Positions 1 through 12,215 of a DNA stretch of 64,000 nucleotides are shown piece after piece. This DNA is from an uncultured candidate division Zixibacteria bacterium. Its GTDB lineage: Bacteria; Zixibacteria; MSB-5A5; UBA10806. The stretch is from positions 480,001 through 544,000 of the forward strand of contig CAWFQL010000017.1 in assembly GCA_963817915.1 (NCBI GenBank). The letters run 5' to 3'. The position numbers and the translations under genes are program-made. The notes beneath the pieces are model-generated. The model searched no databases and was not told where the DNA came from. It saw nothing but the letters and a program-made list of their open reading frames with translations. Within the stretch, counting starts at the first letter, position 1. Each line of letters opens with the position of its first letter.

Positions 1-1
1 C

Positions 2-2449
2 TCCAAAAACCGCAAGGGCAAAGATGAAGATAGTTTTCAGGAATTTTTCGCCACTACAGTCGGAAGAGTCATTTTCAACGAAATAATTCCGGCGGGCCAG
101 GATTATTTTAATAAAGTAGCGGTAAAATCCGCTATTGAAAAAGTTGTTTCGGATGTTCATCGAATTTCGGGAAATGAGCCGACAGCTACATTTCTCGATG
201 ATCTCAAAAATATCGGTTTCGAGTATGCCACTATCGGCGGCGTAACCGTCGGTATCGACGATATCGTCGTTCCTCAGGAAAAAGAAGGCATGCTTAAGAA
301 CGCCGAAAAAGAAGTCGAGAAAATCCATCGTCAATACGAAAAAGGCGCCATCACCAACGGTGAACGGTACAATAAGGTTATCGATACCTGGACACGTACT
401 ACAAGCGATGTCGCGGAAATTCTTTTCAAACGGCTGAAAGATGTTGATCAGGGATTCAACCCCATCTTCATGATGACTGATTCCGGAGCCAGAGGCTCGC
501 GCGATCAGGTTAGACAGTTAGCCGGTATGCGTGGTCTAATGGCCAAGCCTCAAAAGAGAATGACCGGTCAGATCGGCGAAATTATCGAATCACCGATTAC
601 CGCCAATTTCCGCGAAGGATTAACGGTACTTGAATACTTTATATCTACTCACGGCGCTAGAAAAGGTCTCGCGGATACGGCGTTGAAGACCGCCGACGCT
701 GGATACTTGACACGCCGACTGGTAGATGTCGCCCAGGACGTCATCATCAACGAAGACGATTGCGGCACAATTCTCGGCATCGAAGTTTCCGCCTTAAAAG
801 AAGGCGAAGAAATTATTGAATCCTTGCATGATCGTGTCCTCGGGCGAGTAGCTCTAATGGATGTTTATGACCCAATCACTCAGGAAGTTATCGCTGAGGC
901 CGGTACTGAAATCGGTGAAGAAGCTTCGACTCTCATCGATGAGTCTGGCATCGAAACTGTTTCCATTAGATCGGTGCTTACTTGCGAATCTCGCAGAGGT
1001 GTCTGTGCCAAATGCTATGGCCGTAATTTGTCCACCGGAAGAATGGTCAATCTCGGCGAGGCCGTAGGTGTTATTGCCGCGCAATCCATCGGCGAGCCCG
1101 GCACTCAGCTGACCTTAAGAACATTCCATATCGGCGGTACGGCGGCAGTTATCACAGAGCAATCCAAAATCACCGCAAAATCCGCAGGTAAAATTGCATT
1201 CTCCGGAGTCAAAATGGTTCCCGGTGAAAATCCCGAAGACCATATAGTCTTGACCCGCGAAGGTGAAATTAGGATTGTCGATGATCAGGAACGGATTCGT
1301 CAACGGTACGCGACCCCCTATGGCTGTACCCTCAAGGTACGCGATGGCCAGCAAGTCGAAAAAGACGATGTCTTGTTTGAATGGGATCCGCATACCAATA
1401 TGATTCTTACGGACAAAACCGGTACGATCGAATATGTCGACGTCATCGAAAATGTCACTTATCGTGAAGAGCTCGATGAATCCACGGGTCTTTCCGCCAG
1501 AGTTATTATAGAACAGCGCGAAAAGACATTGCGTCCCCATATCGCCATAATCGATTCCAAGGGTAAACGTTTGGCCAACTACTCAATACCTACAGGGGCG
1601 CATCTTGTAGTCAAGGACGGTGACGCGATCAAGGCCGGTCAGATGCTGGTCAAGATTCCTCGCGAGATTTACAAAACAAAGGATATTACCGGCGGCTTGC
1701 CAAGGGTTGCCGAGCTTTTTGAAGCCAGACATCCCAAGGACCCCGCGGTTGTGACGGAAATTGATGGTACCATTGAATACGGCAAAGTCGTTAGAGGAAA
1801 TCAGCAGATGATCGTGCATGGCGAGCATGGCGAGGACAAGGAATACTTGATTCCCCATGGTAAGCATATGCTTGTACATGAAAGCGATGCGGTCAAGGCC
1901 GGTAGCCGTCTCAGCGAGGGACCAATTGATCCGCACGATATTTTGAGAATTAAGGGCCCTAATTCGGTGCAGGAATACCTGGTAAATGAAATCCAGGGAG
2001 TCTATCGTCTCCAGGGTGTTAAAATCAACGACAAGCACATCGAAGTTATTATCCGCCAAGTGCTTCAGAAAGTCCGAATTCTCGATCCCGGCGATAGTAA
2101 TTTCCTCGAAGGCGAACAAGTCGACAAAATCCGATTCCAGGACGAACGAGACAGGGTATTGCAGGATGGCGGAAATCCAGCTACTTACGAGCCCCTGCTA
2201 CTTGGTATCACCAAAGCGTCGTTGTCTACGGAAAGCTTCCTCTCGGCGGCATCCTTCCAGGAGACAACCAGGGTTCTCACGGAGGCTTCAATTCAGGGAA
2301 AAGTGGATCTTCTGCTTGGCCTGAAGGAAAACGTAATTATCGGTCGTTTGATACCTGCGGGCACGGGCATTCCGTACTACAACAGTGTCGAACTAGTCAA
2401 TGAGCAGGAAACAACCGAGCCTGAGAAAAAGATTGAAGCAATTGGATGA
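2..2449 (+). CDS. rpoC: RNA polymerase beta' subunit, 5'-truncated by the window edge
   Basis: Frame is open from position 2 (TTVGRVIFNEI). Motifs STHGARKGLADTALKTA, AQSIGEPGTQLTLRTFH, SFQETTRVL, GLKENVIIGRLIPAGTG. Confidence 0.99.
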   Translation, partial: SKNRKGKDEDSFQEFFATTVGRVIFNEIIPAGQDYFNKVAVKSAIEKVVSDVHRISGNEPTATFLDDLKNIGFEYATIGGVTVGIDDIVVPQEKEGMLKNAEKEVEKIHRQYEKGAITNGERYNKVIDTWTRTTSDVAEILFKRLKDVDQGFNPIFMMTDSGARGSRDQVRQLAGMRGLMAKPQKRMTGQIGEIIESPITANFREGLTVLEYFISTHGARKGLADTALKTADAGYLTRRLVDVAQDVIINEDDCGTILGIEVSALKEGEEIIESLHDRVLGRVALMDVYDPITQEVIAEAGTEIGEEASTLIDESGIETVSIRSVLTCESRRGVCAKCYGRNLSTGRMVNLGEAVGVIAAQSIGEPGTQLTLRTFHIGGTAAVITEQSKITAKSAGKIAFSGVKMVPGENPEDHIVLTREGEIRIVDDQERIRQRYATPYGCTLKVRDGQQVEKDDVLFEWDPHTNMILTDKTGTIEYVDVIENVTYREELDESTGLSARVIIEQREKTLRPHIAIIDSKGKRLANYSIPTGAHLVVKDGDAIKAGQMLVKIPREIYKTKDITGGLPRVAELFEARHPKDPAVVTEIDGTIEYGKVVRGNQQMIVHGEHGEDKEYLIPHGKHMLVHESDAVKAGSRLSEGPIDPHDILRIKGPNSVQEYLVNEIQGVYRLQGVKINDKHIEVIIRQVLQKVRILDPGDSNFLEGEQVDKIRFQDERDRVLQDGGNPATYEPLLLGITKASLSTESFLSAASFQETTRVLTEASIQGKVDLLLGLKENVIIGRLIPAGTGIPYYNSVELVNEQETTEPEKKIEAIG

Positions 2450-2456
2450 AAAGCGC

Positions 2457-2484
2457 TTGACAAAACATTTTTTGGGATTATCTT
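2457..2484 (+). promoter_or_regulatory. sigma70-like promoter for the str operon
   Basis: TTGACA-N16-TATCTT upstream of rpsL. Confidence 0.6.
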
Positions 2485-2516
2485 AGTTATCTGTATTTTT
2501 TTGAATAGGAGGTTTT

Positions 2517-2891
2517 TTGCCAACGATCAATCAGCTGATAAGAAAAGGAAGAAAGAAAGTTCTAAGCAAGCCTAATACGCCTGCGCTGAAGAGCTGTCCT
2601 CAAAAAAGAGGAGTCTGCACGAGAGTATATACATCCACTCCAAAGAAGCCGAATTCGGCTCTACGTAAAGTCGCTCGCGTCAGATTGACAAATGGTATCG
2701 AGGTCACAGCGTACATTCCAGGTGAAGGTCACAACTTGCAGGAACACTCTATCGTGCTTATCAGAGGTGGAAGGGTGAAAGACCTGCCGGGAGTAAGGTA
2801 TCACATTATCCGCGGAACTCTTGATACCGCGGGTGTTGCAGATAGAAAACAGGGAAGATCTAAATACGGGGCCAAGCGTCCCAAGAAATAA
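2517..2891 (+). CDS. rpsL: 30S ribosomal protein S12 (TTG start)
   Basis: MPTINQL...[25 protein letters not shown]. Confidence 0.99.
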   Translation: MPTINQLIRKGRKKVLSKPNTPALKSCPQKRGVCTRVYTSTPKKPNSALRKVARVRLTNGIEVTAYIPGEGHNLQEHSIVLIRGGRVKDLPGVRYHIIRGTLDTAGVADRKQGRSKYGAKRPKK

Positions 2892-3374
<483 letters not shown>

Positions 3375-3509
3375 TTGCATCGAAACTTATTGCTTTGGAG
3401 AATAATGAAGATTAGATCCAGAGAATAACCGAAATACCAGGGTTGATCCGCTATTCAATAGCGCCTGGATTTTCGGGGCGCTGATTTCTAAGGGATAGTG
3501 GATTTTTTT

Positions 3510-5609
3510 ATGTCAGTCGACAGTCAGTTAGGACAAACAAGAAACATCGGAATCATGGCTCATATCGATGCCGGTAAGACCACAACTACCGAACGCATAC
3601 TATTTTATGCAGGTAAGACCCATCGCATTGGCGAGGTCGATGATGGCGCGGCAACCATGGATTGGATGGAACAGGAGAAAGAACGCGGTATTACTATTAC
3701 CTCGGCCGCTACTACTATCTTCTGGAATGATAATCGCATCAATATTATAGATACTCCCGGTCATGTCGATTTCACGATGGAAGTCGAACGGTCGCTGAGA
3801 GTGCTTGATGGCGCCGTAGCATTGTTTTGCTCTGTTGGCGGTGTCGAGCCTCAATCCGAAACCGTCTGGAGACAGGCCGATAAATATAAAGTACCTCGTA
3901 TAGCCTATATTAATAAAATGGATCGCGTCGGCGCGAATTTTCTTGCCGCCGTCGAAATGATGAAAAAGAGATTGGGCGCCAACGCCGTGCCTATTCAGCT
4001 CCCTGTTGGTGAAGGCGATATGTTCGCCGGTATTATCGATCTCATTCGTATGTGCTATAGAACTTATGTTGACGAGACTCAAGGCACCGAATTTATTGAA
4101 AATGAAATTCCTAAGGATCTTTTGGAATTGGCCAAAACCAAACGCGAAGAGCTTCTCGAAAATCTCTCCGATTACGATGAAGGCCTGCTTGATAAATTCG
4201 TTCATGATCAGCCAATTGAGACTTCGGAAATTAAAGTTGCCCTCAGAAAAGCAGTTTTAGACTTAAAATTAATCCCCGTATTATGTGGATCCTCTTATAA
4301 AAATAAAGGCGTTCAGGCCCTATTGGATGCCATAGTCGATTACTTGCCATCGCCTCTTGATCTGCCCCCTGTAAAGGGTACGGATCCCGATACTGGCGAG
4401 GAAATTGTCAGATATCCGTCGGCCGACGAACCGCTCGCGGCGCTTATTTTCAAGATTATCAGCGATCCTTATGTCGGCAGATTAACTTATATCAGAATTT
4501 ACGCGGGCACATTGAAATCCGGAGATACGGTTTATAATCCCACAAAACAGCGTGAAGAAAGAATCAGTCGCTTATTGGCAATGCATGCCAATAAAAGGGC
4601 AGATCTGAAATCAGCTCAAGCCGGCGATATTATTGCGGTCGTGGGTCTCAAAAACTCTACCACCGGCAGTACCATGTGCCGTAGAGATAAGCCGATTATT
4701 CTCGAACAAATGACATTCCCGAATCCCGTAATTTATGTCGCTATTGAGCCTAAGACTAAGGCTGACCAGGACAAATTATCCGATTCCTTAACCCGATTGA
4801 CCGAGGAAGACCCGACCTTCCAGGTGAAAACAGATACTGAAACGGGTCAGACCATCATTTCCGGTATGGGTGAACTTCATCTGGAAATCATTGTCGATCG
4901 TATGCGACGCGAATTCAATGTCACTGCCAATGTCGGCAAGCCTCAGGTTGCCTATAGAGAGACAATCAAATCGACCGCCGAGGCCGAAGGCAGATTTGTC
5001 AGGCAAACGGGCGGTCATGGTCAATATGGGCATGTAAAGCTAAGAGTTGGCCCCAATGGCAAGGGCAAAGGCTACGAATTTAAGGATCTTACCAAAAATG
5101 GTGTAATTCCCCGCGAATTTATTCAGCCGGTCTCCGATGGCATCAAAGAAGCGCTCGAAAACGGCGTACTTGGCGGCTATCCAATGGTTGATATCGTGGC
5201 TGAATTAATTGACGGATCATTCCACGATGTCGATTCCTCTGAATTGGCATTCAAAATAGCGGGCTCGCTAGCGTTTCAGGAGGCTGCCAGAAAAGCGAAT
5301 CCTACGATACTCGAGCCTATAATGGATATCGAAGTTGTCGTGCCGGAAGAATACATGGGAGTGGTTATTGGCGATTTAAATTCGAGAAGAGGAAAAATCG
5401 CTGGCATGTTCCACCGTCCGGATGCTATAATAATAGCTTCTCAGGTACCGTTATCTGAGATGTTTGGATATGCAACCTCGTTGCGGTCTTTATCGCAGGG
5501 TAGAGCAGTATATTCAATGCAATTTTCACATTATGCGCCCGTTCCGGAAAGTGTCCAGGACACGATGGTCCAGTCGATTCGGGGCGTGCTTGTTGGGCAA
5601 AGAAGATAA
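3510..5609 (+). CDS. fusA: elongation factor G
   Basis: [24 protein letters not shown] motifs. ATG at 3510 preferred over GTG at 3498. Confidence 0.98.
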   Translation: MSVDSQLGQTRNIGIMAHIDAGKTTTTERILFYAGKTHRIGEVDDGAATMDWMEQEKERGITITSAATTIFWNDNRINIIDTPGHVDFTMEVERSLRVLDGAVALFCSVGGVEPQSETVWRQADKYKVPRIAYINKMDRVGANFLAAVEMMKKRLGANAVPIQLPVGEGDMFAGIIDLIRMCYRTYVDETQGTEFIENEIPKDLLELAKTKREELLENLSDYDEGLLDKFVHDQPIETSEIKVALRKAVLDLKLIPVLCGSSYKNKGVQALLDAIVDYLPSPLDLPPVKGTDPDTGEEIVRYPSADEPLAALIFKIISDPYVGRLTYIRIYAGTLKSGDTVYNPTKQREERISRLLAMHANKRADLKSAQAGDIIAVVGLKNSTTGSTMCRRDKPIILEQMTFPNPVIYVAIEPKTKADQDKLSDSLTRLTEEDPTFQVKTDTETGQTIISGMGELHLEIIVDRMRREFNVTANVGKPQVAYRETIKSTAEAEGRFVRQTGGHGQYGHVKLRVGPNGKGKGYEFKDLTKNGVIPREFIQPVSDGIKEALENGVLGGYPMVDIVAELIDGSFHDVDSSELAFKIAGSLAFQEAARKANPTILEPIMDIEVVVPEEYMGVVIGDLNSRRGKIAGMFHRPDAIIIASQVPLSEMFGYATSLRSLSQGRAVYSMQFSHYAPVPESVQDTMVQSIRGVLVGQRR

Positions 5610-5645
5610 AATAATGTTGGATTTGATAATCAAGGGAGAGTCCTG

Positions 5646-6858
5646 ATGTCGAAGGAGAAGTTTGATAGGACGAAGCCGCACGTTAATGTAGGCACGATAG
5701 GTCATGTGGATCATGGCAAGACGACATTGACGGCGGCGATCACGATGGTGCTATCGAGGAAGTATTCGAAGGTAGCGATCCGGGATTTTGACAGTATTGA
5801 CAACGCTCCGGAGGAGAAGGAACGTGGTATAACGATAGCGACGGCGCATGTCGAGTATGAGACAGCCAAGCGTCACTACGCCCACGTTGATTGTCCGGGT
5901 CACGCGGATTACATCAAGAACATGATCACGGGAGCGGCCCAGATGGATGGAGCGATCCTGGTGGTCAGCGCTTCGGATGGTCCGATGCCTCAGACGCGCG
6001 AGCATATCTTGCTGGCCCGTCAGGTTGGAGTGCCGTTCATCATCGTGTATATGAATAAGGTAGACATGGTAGACGATCCCGAGTTATTGGATTTGGTTGA
6101 GTTGGAAGTTCGGGACCTGCTCAATAAGTATCAGTTCCCCGGCGACGAGATACCGGTGATAAGAGGCTCGGCTTTGCAGGCGATGACCAAGGGTTCTGAT
6201 AAGTCGGTATCGATCGACGCGCCGGAGTTTAAGAGCATATTGGAATTGATGGATGCGGTGGATAGCTACATACCGGAACCTGTCAGGGATACCGACAAGC
6301 CGTTTTTGATGCCGGTCGAGGATGTGTTCTCGATCACCGGCCGTGGCACGGTAGGCACCGGCCGGGTAGACCGCGGCAAGATCAGACAGGGCGACGAAGT
6401 CGAGATAGTGGGCATCAAGGATACCCGCAAGTCGGTGGTCACCGGAGTCGAGATGTTCCGAAAGCTATTGGATTTTGCTCAGGCAGGCGACAACGTTGGC
6501 TTGTTATTGAGGGGTGTCGATAAGGAAGAGTTGGAACGCGGCATGGTAGTAGCCAAGCCGGGTTCGATCACGCCGCACAAGAAGTTTAAGGGTCAGGTCT
6601 ACGTCTTGAAGAAAGAGGAGGGTGGTCGTCACACGCCGTTCTTCAATGGTTATCGTCCGCAGTTTTATTTTAGGACGACTGACGTTACGGGCAACGTGAA
6701 TTTGCCGGCGGGCGACGGAGATGGTAATGCCGGGTGACAACGTGGTTATGGATTGTGAGTTATTGACTCCGATAGCGATGGAGAAGGAGCTTCGATTCGC
6801 CATCCGAGAAGGCGGCCACACAGTCGGCGCCGGAGTCGTCACCGAAATAATTGAATAA
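5646..6858 (+). CDS. tuf: elongation factor Tu with a +1 frameshift at about 6714 (probably a sequence error)
   Basis: [17 protein letters not shown]. After LPAG the +1 frame reads [10 protein letters not shown]...[21 protein letters not shown] to 6858. Confidence 0.97.
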
Positions 6859-6878
6859 TACCAGAGAGCGGGAAATAA

Positions 6879-7187
6879 ATGGACAAACAAAAAATTAGGA
6901 TCAGACTCAAGGCTTACGACCATGGTGCGCTTGATCGTTCGACTAAAGAAATAGTCCGTACTGTCACTCGCACCGGCGCCAGAATCGCCGGGCCAGTGCC
7001 GCTGCCGACCAAGAAAACTGTCTATACGGTTCTTCGCTCGCCTCATGTTGATAAGAAATCTCGCGAACAATTCGAAATGAGAATACACAAGCGTCTAATT
7101 GATATCTACGATTCCAGTCAGCAGACAATCGATTCATTAATGAAGTTAGATTTGCCGGCAGGGGTTGACGTGGAGATAAAAGTTTAA
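6879..7187 (+). CDS. rpsJ: 30S ribosomal protein S10
   Basis: [24 protein letters not shown]. Confidence 0.99.
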   Translation: MDKQKIRIRLKAYDHGALDRSTKEIVRTVTRTGARIAGPVPLPTKKTVYTVLRSPHVDKKSREQFEMRIHKRLIDIYDSSQQTIDSLMKLDLPAGVDVEIKV

Positions 7188-7213
7188 TATATTAAGAAGT
7201 TTTTGGTTAGAAT

Positions 7214-7837
7214 ATGAAATTGATCTACGGAAAAAAATTAGGGATGACGAGAGTCTTCAAGGAAAACGGCGATATGGTCGGCGTATCAGTTATCGAAGTC
7301 GAGCCCGCTACTGTAATGCGTGTCAAGACTACCGGTACCGATGGCTATGACGCTGTTGTAATTGGATTCGGCAGCATCCGACAGAAACTCGTGAATAAGC
7401 CCCTCAAGGGCCAATTCGAAAAAGCCGGCATAGAGCAGAAACGGTATCTCAGGGAAATCCGAAGCGATAAGGCTGATTTGCCCGCCAAAGGTGAAGTGCT
7501 CACTGTTGAAGTTTTTAAAGTTGGTGAGACTGTTCATGTCACCAGTATTTCGCGCGGACTTGGTTTCCAGGGCGCGGTCAAAAGACATCATTTTCGCGGC
7601 GGCCCGAAGTCACATGGCCAATCTGATAGAATGAGAGCTCCCGGTTCAGTGGGTGCATCGAGCTATCCCTCCAGGACATTCAAAGGTCAGAGAATGGCCG
7701 GGCATATGGGTAACGCTCAAGTGACAGTCAAAAATTTGAAAATCGTCGATGTCAAGCCGGAATTGAATCTGCTTCTCGTCAGCGGCGTCATACCAGGTCA
7801 TAAGAATTCATTGGTGACCGTTAGAAAGGCCAGGTAG
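7214..7837 (+). CDS. rplC: 50S ribosomal protein L3
   Basis: GKKLGMT, GFQGAVKRH, RMAGHMG; synteny. Confidence 0.99.
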   Translation: MKLIYGKKLGMTRVFKENGDMVGVSVIEVEPATVMRVKTTGTDGYDAVVIGFGSIRQKLVNKPLKGQFEKAGIEQKRYLREIRSDKADLPAKGEVLTVEVFKVGETVHVTSISRGLGFQGAVKRHHFRGGPKSHGQSDRMRAPGSVGASSYPSRTFKGQRMAGHMGNAQVTVKNLKIVDVKPELNLLLVSGVIPGHKNSLVTVRKAR

Positions 7838-7844
7838 AGATAAG

Positions 7845-8474
7845 ATGCCAGATGCAAAATTCTATCAAAAGAACGGTTCGGAATCCAAGACTGTCAATCT
7901 CGATGGGCCATTGTTTAATAGCGAGCCGAAAGAGAGTATCATTCATGAGTACATTAAGGGATTCATGAATAATCAAAGGCAGGGCACATCTTCTACTCTG
8001 AATCGCAGCCGCATGCAGGGTGGCGGCAAAAAGCCGTTTCGCCAAAAAGGCACCGGCCGCGCTCGCGCTGGCAGTAATACCTCGCCTTTATGGTCAGGTG
8101 GTGCAGTTATTTGGGGCCCGACTCCAAGAAGCTTTTATGCAGAAATGCCCAAGAAGCTCAAGAGAAATGCCCTGGTTTCCGCCTTTTCACTTAAGGCTAA
8201 AGAAGGAAGCATTAGAGTTGTGGAATTGCCTGATTTGGGTGAGGCCAAGACCAAACTGGTCGCGGGATTTTTAAAGGGTGTTGGCGTGTACGGTGATAGC
8301 ACTATTCTCCTATTCGAAGGCAAGAATGAGAATCTTACTACCGCTTCCCGAAACATCGCCAATTTCACCGCCAAGAGAGCCGAATTGGTCAACCCTTACG
8401 ATCTGATTACTCATCGCAATATTCTAATCACTGAAGATGGTCTCGCGAGAATAAAGGAGCTGTTTAATCAATGA
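7845..8474 (+). CDS. rplD: 50S ribosomal protein L4
   Basis: KPFRQKGTGRARAGS. Confidence 0.99.
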   Translation: MPDAKFYQKNGSESKTVNLDGPLFNSEPKESIIHEYIKGFMNNQRQGTSSTLNRSRMQGGGKKPFRQKGTGRARAGSNTSPLWSGGAVIWGPTPRSFYAEMPKKLKRNALVSAFSLKAKEGSIRVVELPDLGEAKTKLVAGFLKGVGVYGDSTILLFEGKNENLTTASRNIANFTAKRAELVNPYDLITHRNILITEDGLARIKELFNQ

Positions 8475-8761
8475 TTAAAGAACACAAAATATTGTTTAAG
8501 GCTCTTATCTCCGAAAAAGCCACAACTCTTCAGGAAGATAGCAATTGCTATGTCTTCAAAGTTGCCACGAGCGCTAATAAAATGCAGATAAAGAATGCCG
8601 TGGAAAGCGCTTTCCATGTTAAAGTAGTGCATGTCACCACCGCCAATGTTATGGGCAAAAATAAAAGGCTCGGACGATTCCAGGGTAAAAGATCCGATTG
8701 GAAAAAAGCCTTTATATGGCTCAAAGAGGGCGATAAAATCGAGCTTTTCGAAAGCGTCTGA
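8471..8761 (+). CDS. rplW: 50S ribosomal protein L23
   Basis: ISEKA, ANKMQIK, WKKA; synteny. Confidence 0.98.
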   Translation: MIKEHKILFKALISEKATTLQEDSNCYVFKVATSANKMQIKNAVESAFHVKVVHVTTANVMGKNKRLGRFQGKRSDWKKAFIWLKEGDKIELFESV

Positions 8762-8771
8762 GGAATAGAAT

Positions 8772-9593
8772 ATGGGAATTAAGAAATTTAAACCGATTAC
8801 TCCTGGCAGACGATTCATGACAGTCTCGGACTTTGCCGAGATCACACATGATAAGCCTGAAAAATCGCTCCTTAAGCCACTAAAGAAATCAGGCGGCAGA
8901 GGCAATACCGGCCGCGTGACTTCGAGACATCGCGGCGGCGGCCATAAGAGAGCTTATAGAATTATCGATTTCAAACGTGATAAGATCGGTATCCCCGCTC
9001 GTGTCGCGTCGATTGAATATGATCCTAATCGCACAGCGAGAATCGCTCTGCTTTATTATGCCGATGGTGAGAAGCGATATGTAATCGCGCCCGAAGGCAT
9101 GAAAGTCGATGATATCATCAATTCCGGAGTGGATCTTGATATCAAGCCGGGTAATACAATGGAGCTTGGCAAAGTTCCGCTGGGCACCAATATTCATAAT
9201 ATCGAACTTCGCGCCGGAAAAGGCGGGCAGGTTGCCCGTTCGGCAGGCACCATGTGTCAATTGCTGGCTCGTGAAGGCGAAAATGCCCACGTCAAAATGC
9301 CATCCGGTGAAGTCAGATTATTCAAACTTAATTGCAAAGCGACTATTGGCCAGGTGGGCAATATAGACCATGAAAATATTTCGCTGGGTAAGGCCGGAAG
9401 ATCCCGATGGATGGGCATCAGACCGCATGTCAGAGGCGTTGCTATGAATCCTGTTGACCATCCGATGGGCGGCGGTGAAGGCAAATCCTCTGGTGGACGG
9501 CATCCTTGTAGCCCTTGGGGTCAATTGTCAAAAGGTCTTAAAACCGGCAACCGCAAGAGAGCGGCAAAATTAATTGTTAAGAGAAGAGATTAG
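8772..9593 (+). CDS. rplB: 50S ribosomal protein L2
   Basis: [29 protein letters not shown]. Confidence 0.99.
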   Translation: MGIKKFKPITPGRRFMTVSDFAEITHDKPEKSLLKPLKKSGGRGNTGRVTSRHRGGGHKRAYRIIDFKRDKIGIPARVASIEYDPNRTARIALLYYADGEKRYVIAPEGMKVDDIINSGVDLDIKPGNTMELGKVPLGTNIHNIELRAGKGGQVARSAGTMCQLLAREGENAHVKMPSGEVRLFKLNCKATIGQVGNIDHENISLGKAGRSRWMGIRPHVRGVAMNPVDHPMGGGEGKSSGGRHPCSPWGQLSKGLKTGNRKRAAKLIVKRRD

Positions 9594-9607
9594 TTCGGGA
9601 GGATAAT

Positions 9608-9895
9608 ATGGCTCGTTCCTTGAAAAAGGGACCGTTTATCGATCAGAATCTGCTGAGAAAATTGAATGCCCTTAATGTTACTGGCGAGAAAAAGGTCGTT
9701 AAGACCTGGGCCCGCAGAACCACAATTTCTCCCGAATTTGTCGGCCACACTTTGGCCGTGCATAATGGCAATAAATTCATCCCGATTTACATTACTGAAA
9801 ATATGGTCGGTCACAAACTCGGTGAGTTCGCGCCAACCAGAATTTTCAGAGGACACTCGGGCAAAATAACCGAAAAGACTACGGCCCTTAAATAG
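9608..9895 (+). CDS. rpsS: 30S ribosomal protein S19
   Basis: [21 protein letters not shown]. Confidence 0.99.
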   Translation: MARSLKKGPFIDQNLLRKLNALNVTGEKKVVKTWARRTTISPEFVGHTLAVHNGNKFIPIYITENMVGHKLGEFAPTRIFRGHSGKITEKTTALK

Positions 9896-9896
9896 G

Positions 9897-10367
9897 ATGG
9901 AATCAATGGAAGTCAGAGCCGTTTCAAAATACGTAAGAATGTCGCCGCGCAAGCTGAGACGAGTCGCCGATTTGATTAAAGGCGAATCTGTTGACAAAGC
10001 TCTCGGCATTCTGGAATTCACCCACAAGGCTGCCAGCAAGGCTATCTACAAAACTCTGAAGTCCGCGGCTTCCAATGCCATCGCTTCCGAGGGATCTGCC
10101 AAGGTCAAAGTGGAAAATCTGTTTATCAAGCACATCAGAATTGATGGCGGTCCAAGCTGGAAAAGAATCCGGCCGGTTGGTATGGGCAGGGCATATGTTG
10201 TTCGCAAAAGAACTGCGCATATCGGGATTATTCTTGGCGAAAAAGTAGTGAAAATTAAACTTGGCGATAAAGATACCAAATCCAAAACCAAGACTGAAGA
10301 TGCAAAACCTAAGGCTAAGGCCGCTGATAAAAAAGCCGCTGCCGATGCCGGGCAATCAAAGGAATAA
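9897..10367 (+). CDS. rplV: 50S ribosomal protein L22 with Lys/Ala-rich C-terminal extension
   Basis: SPRKLRRVADLIKG, RKRTAHI. Confidence 0.98.
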   Translation: MESMEVRAVSKYVRMSPRKLRRVADLIKGESVDKALGILEFTHKAASKAIYKTLKSAASNAIASEGSAKVKVENLFIKHIRIDGGPSWKRIRPVGMGRAYVVRKRTAHIGIILGEKVVKIKLGDKDTKSKTKTEDAKPKAKAADKKAAADAGQSKE

Positions 10368-10376
10368 GGAGGCCGA

Positions 10377-11294
10377 TTGGGACAGAAGACCCATCCGTAC
10401 GGTCTAAGACTCGGAATAATAAAGAGTTGGAAATCGAAATGGTTTACGACCCGCAATTTTGCAGATCTACTTCATGAAGATTTGCTTATAAGGCGTTATA
10501 CATACAAACGACTTGAACACGCCGGCATTGCCGAGGTCGAAATTCTGAGAGCGCCCAAAAAGGTTACTATCGATATCCATACCGCTAGACCCGGAATCGT
10601 TATTGGTCGCAAAGGCGCGGAAGTAGACACACTAAAAGAAGAATTACAGCTTTTGACCGGCAAGGAAATCCTCTTGAATGTTATCGAAATAAAGAAGCCG
10701 GAAATATCTGCCAGTCTCGTGGCTCAGTCAATTGCCAAACAGCTCGAGGGCCGCGTCAGTTTTAGACGTGCCATGAAAAAAGCTATGGCCGCTGCCATGA
10801 AATCCGGCGCCGAAGGTATCAAGATTTCCTGCGGCGGACGGTTGGGTGGTGCGGAAATTGCCCGTACTGAAAAGTATCATGATGGCCGAGTACCGCTTCA
10901 TACCCTTAGAGCCGATATCGATTACTCTACCGCCACTGCTCATACTACTTATGGCACGATTGGTGTTAAAGTATGGATTTGCAAAGGCGAAATTCTTGGT
11001 GAAGGTATGGCCAGCACCGAAACCCCGAGAGAAGCGGCAGTGATTACCGATGAGAGACCTGCCGATTCCAGAAGAAAACGTCCGCATCACAAGAGACCAT
11101 CGGGTCCCGGCGGCCGCAGAGATGGTGATAGAAAACCGTCAGCCAGAGATCTCAATAGAGCCCCAGGGCAGGGCCCAATTCGTCCTCCCGACCAGGCTCC
11201 ACCGAGACCCCGTCCGGAAGGTCAGCATGATCAGCCGCGCAAGGATAAGCCCCATCAAGGTCCGTCAAAAAATGAAGGCGGAGGTAAAAGCTAA
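10377..11294 (+). CDS. rpsC: 30S ribosomal protein S3 (TTG start) with long low-complexity C-tail
   Basis: [34 protein letters not shown]. Confidence 0.99.
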   Translation: MGQKTHPYGLRLGIIKSWKSKWFTTRNFADLLHEDLLIRRYTYKRLEHAGIAEVEILRAPKKVTIDIHTARPGIVIGRKGAEVDTLKEELQLLTGKEILLNVIEIKKPEISASLVAQSIAKQLEGRVSFRRAMKKAMAAAMKSGAEGIKISCGGRLGGAEIARTEKYHDGRVPLHTLRADIDYSTATAHTTYGTIGVKVWICKGEILGEGMASTETPREAAVITDERPADSRRKRPHHKRPSGPGGRRDGDRKPSARDLNRAPGQGPIRPPDQAPPRPRPEGQHDQPRKDKPHQGPSKNEGGGKS

Positions 11295-11716
11295 TGTTAA
11301 TGCCGAAAAGGGTAAAATTTAGAAAACAGCAGAGGGGTCGCAGGTCGGGTAAAGCTTACCGCGGTTCTGAAGTCGATTTCGGCGAATTTGGCTTGAAGGC
11401 TATGGAGCCGGCTTGGATTAGCAATAAGCAACTCGAAGCCGCCCGTGTGGCTCTCACCAGACATATCAAACGTGGCGGTAAGGTTTGGATCAGAATTTTC
11501 CCCGACAAGCCTGTTACCAAAAAGCCTGCCGAAACAAGAATGGGAAAGGGCAAAGGCGCCCCGGAATTTTGGGTTGCTGTCGTAAAGCCTGGAAGAATAT
11601 TATTTGAACTTGAAGGTATTACTGAAGCCCTCGCGAAAGAGGCAATGAGTTTGGCTGCCGCAAAATTACCGCTTAGAACTAAATTTGTCGGACGCCATGA
11701 TTTTGGCAAGGATTAA
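11294..11716 (+). CDS. rplP: 50S ribosomal protein L16
   Basis: [20 protein letters not shown]. Confidence 0.99.
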   Translation: MLMPKRVKFRKQQRGRRSGKAYRGSEVDFGEFGLKAMEPAWISNKQLEAARVALTRHIKRGGKVWIRIFPDKPVTKKPAETRMGKGKGAPEFWVAVVKPGRILFELEGITEALAKEAMSLAAAKLPLRTKFVGRHDFGKD

Positions 11717-11719
11717 TAT

Positions 11720-11950
11720 ATGAAACCGCGCGATTTAAGAGACATGACAAGAGAAGAAATTCTCGTCCAAAAAGAAGATCTCGATAAAGAGATGTTCAAT
11801 TTAAAAATACGCCAGGCGACCAAACAGGTGGATAATCCTCTTAAAATTAGAACCCTTAGACGCGAACTGGCCAGAATTGTTACCATTTTGCACGAAGATG
11901 AAATGAAATTAAGACCGCTGTCTTCCAAGGGAGAAGTAACTAATGGATAG
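11720..11950 (+). CDS. rpmC: 50S ribosomal protein L29
   Basis: [10 protein letters not shown]; synteny. Confidence 0.97.
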   Translation: MKPRDLRDMTREEILVQKEDLDKEMFNLKIRQATKQVDNPLKIRTLRRELARIVTILHEDEMKLRPLSSKGEVTNG

Positions 11951-12197
11951 AAAAATGCGAAAAGTCAGAACGGGAGTAGTGGTCTCTAATAAAATGAATA
12001 AGACCATCGTGGTCAATGTCGAACGATTATTCAGACATCCCGTTTTCGGGAAGACTGTGCGAATAAGCAAAAATCTTTATGTTCACGATGATGAAAATAA
12101 GGCCAAGCCGGGCGATAAGGTCAAGGTTATGGAATCAAGACCCCTCTCGAAAACCAAAAGATGGCGGCTGGTGGAAATCCTGGAGACCGCCAAGTAA
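11943..12197 (+). CDS. rpsQ: 30S ribosomal protein S17
   Basis: [20 protein letters not shown]. Confidence 0.99.
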   Translation: MDRKMRKVRTGVVVSNKMNKTIVVNVERLFRHPVFGKTVRISKNLYVHDDENKAKPGDKVKVMESRPLSKTKRWRLVEILETAK

Positions 12198-12215
12198 TTT
12201 GGCCGGAGGGTAGTT

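Noticed and set aside
1140..1680. Large insertion in the rpoC trigger loop
   Set aside because: It corresponds to the known SI3 (beta' i6) insertion found in many Gram-negative lineages.
6711..6737. Programmed frameshifting in tuf
   Set aside because: No slippery sequence or stimulator is visible and none is known for EF-Tu; an error is more parsimonious.
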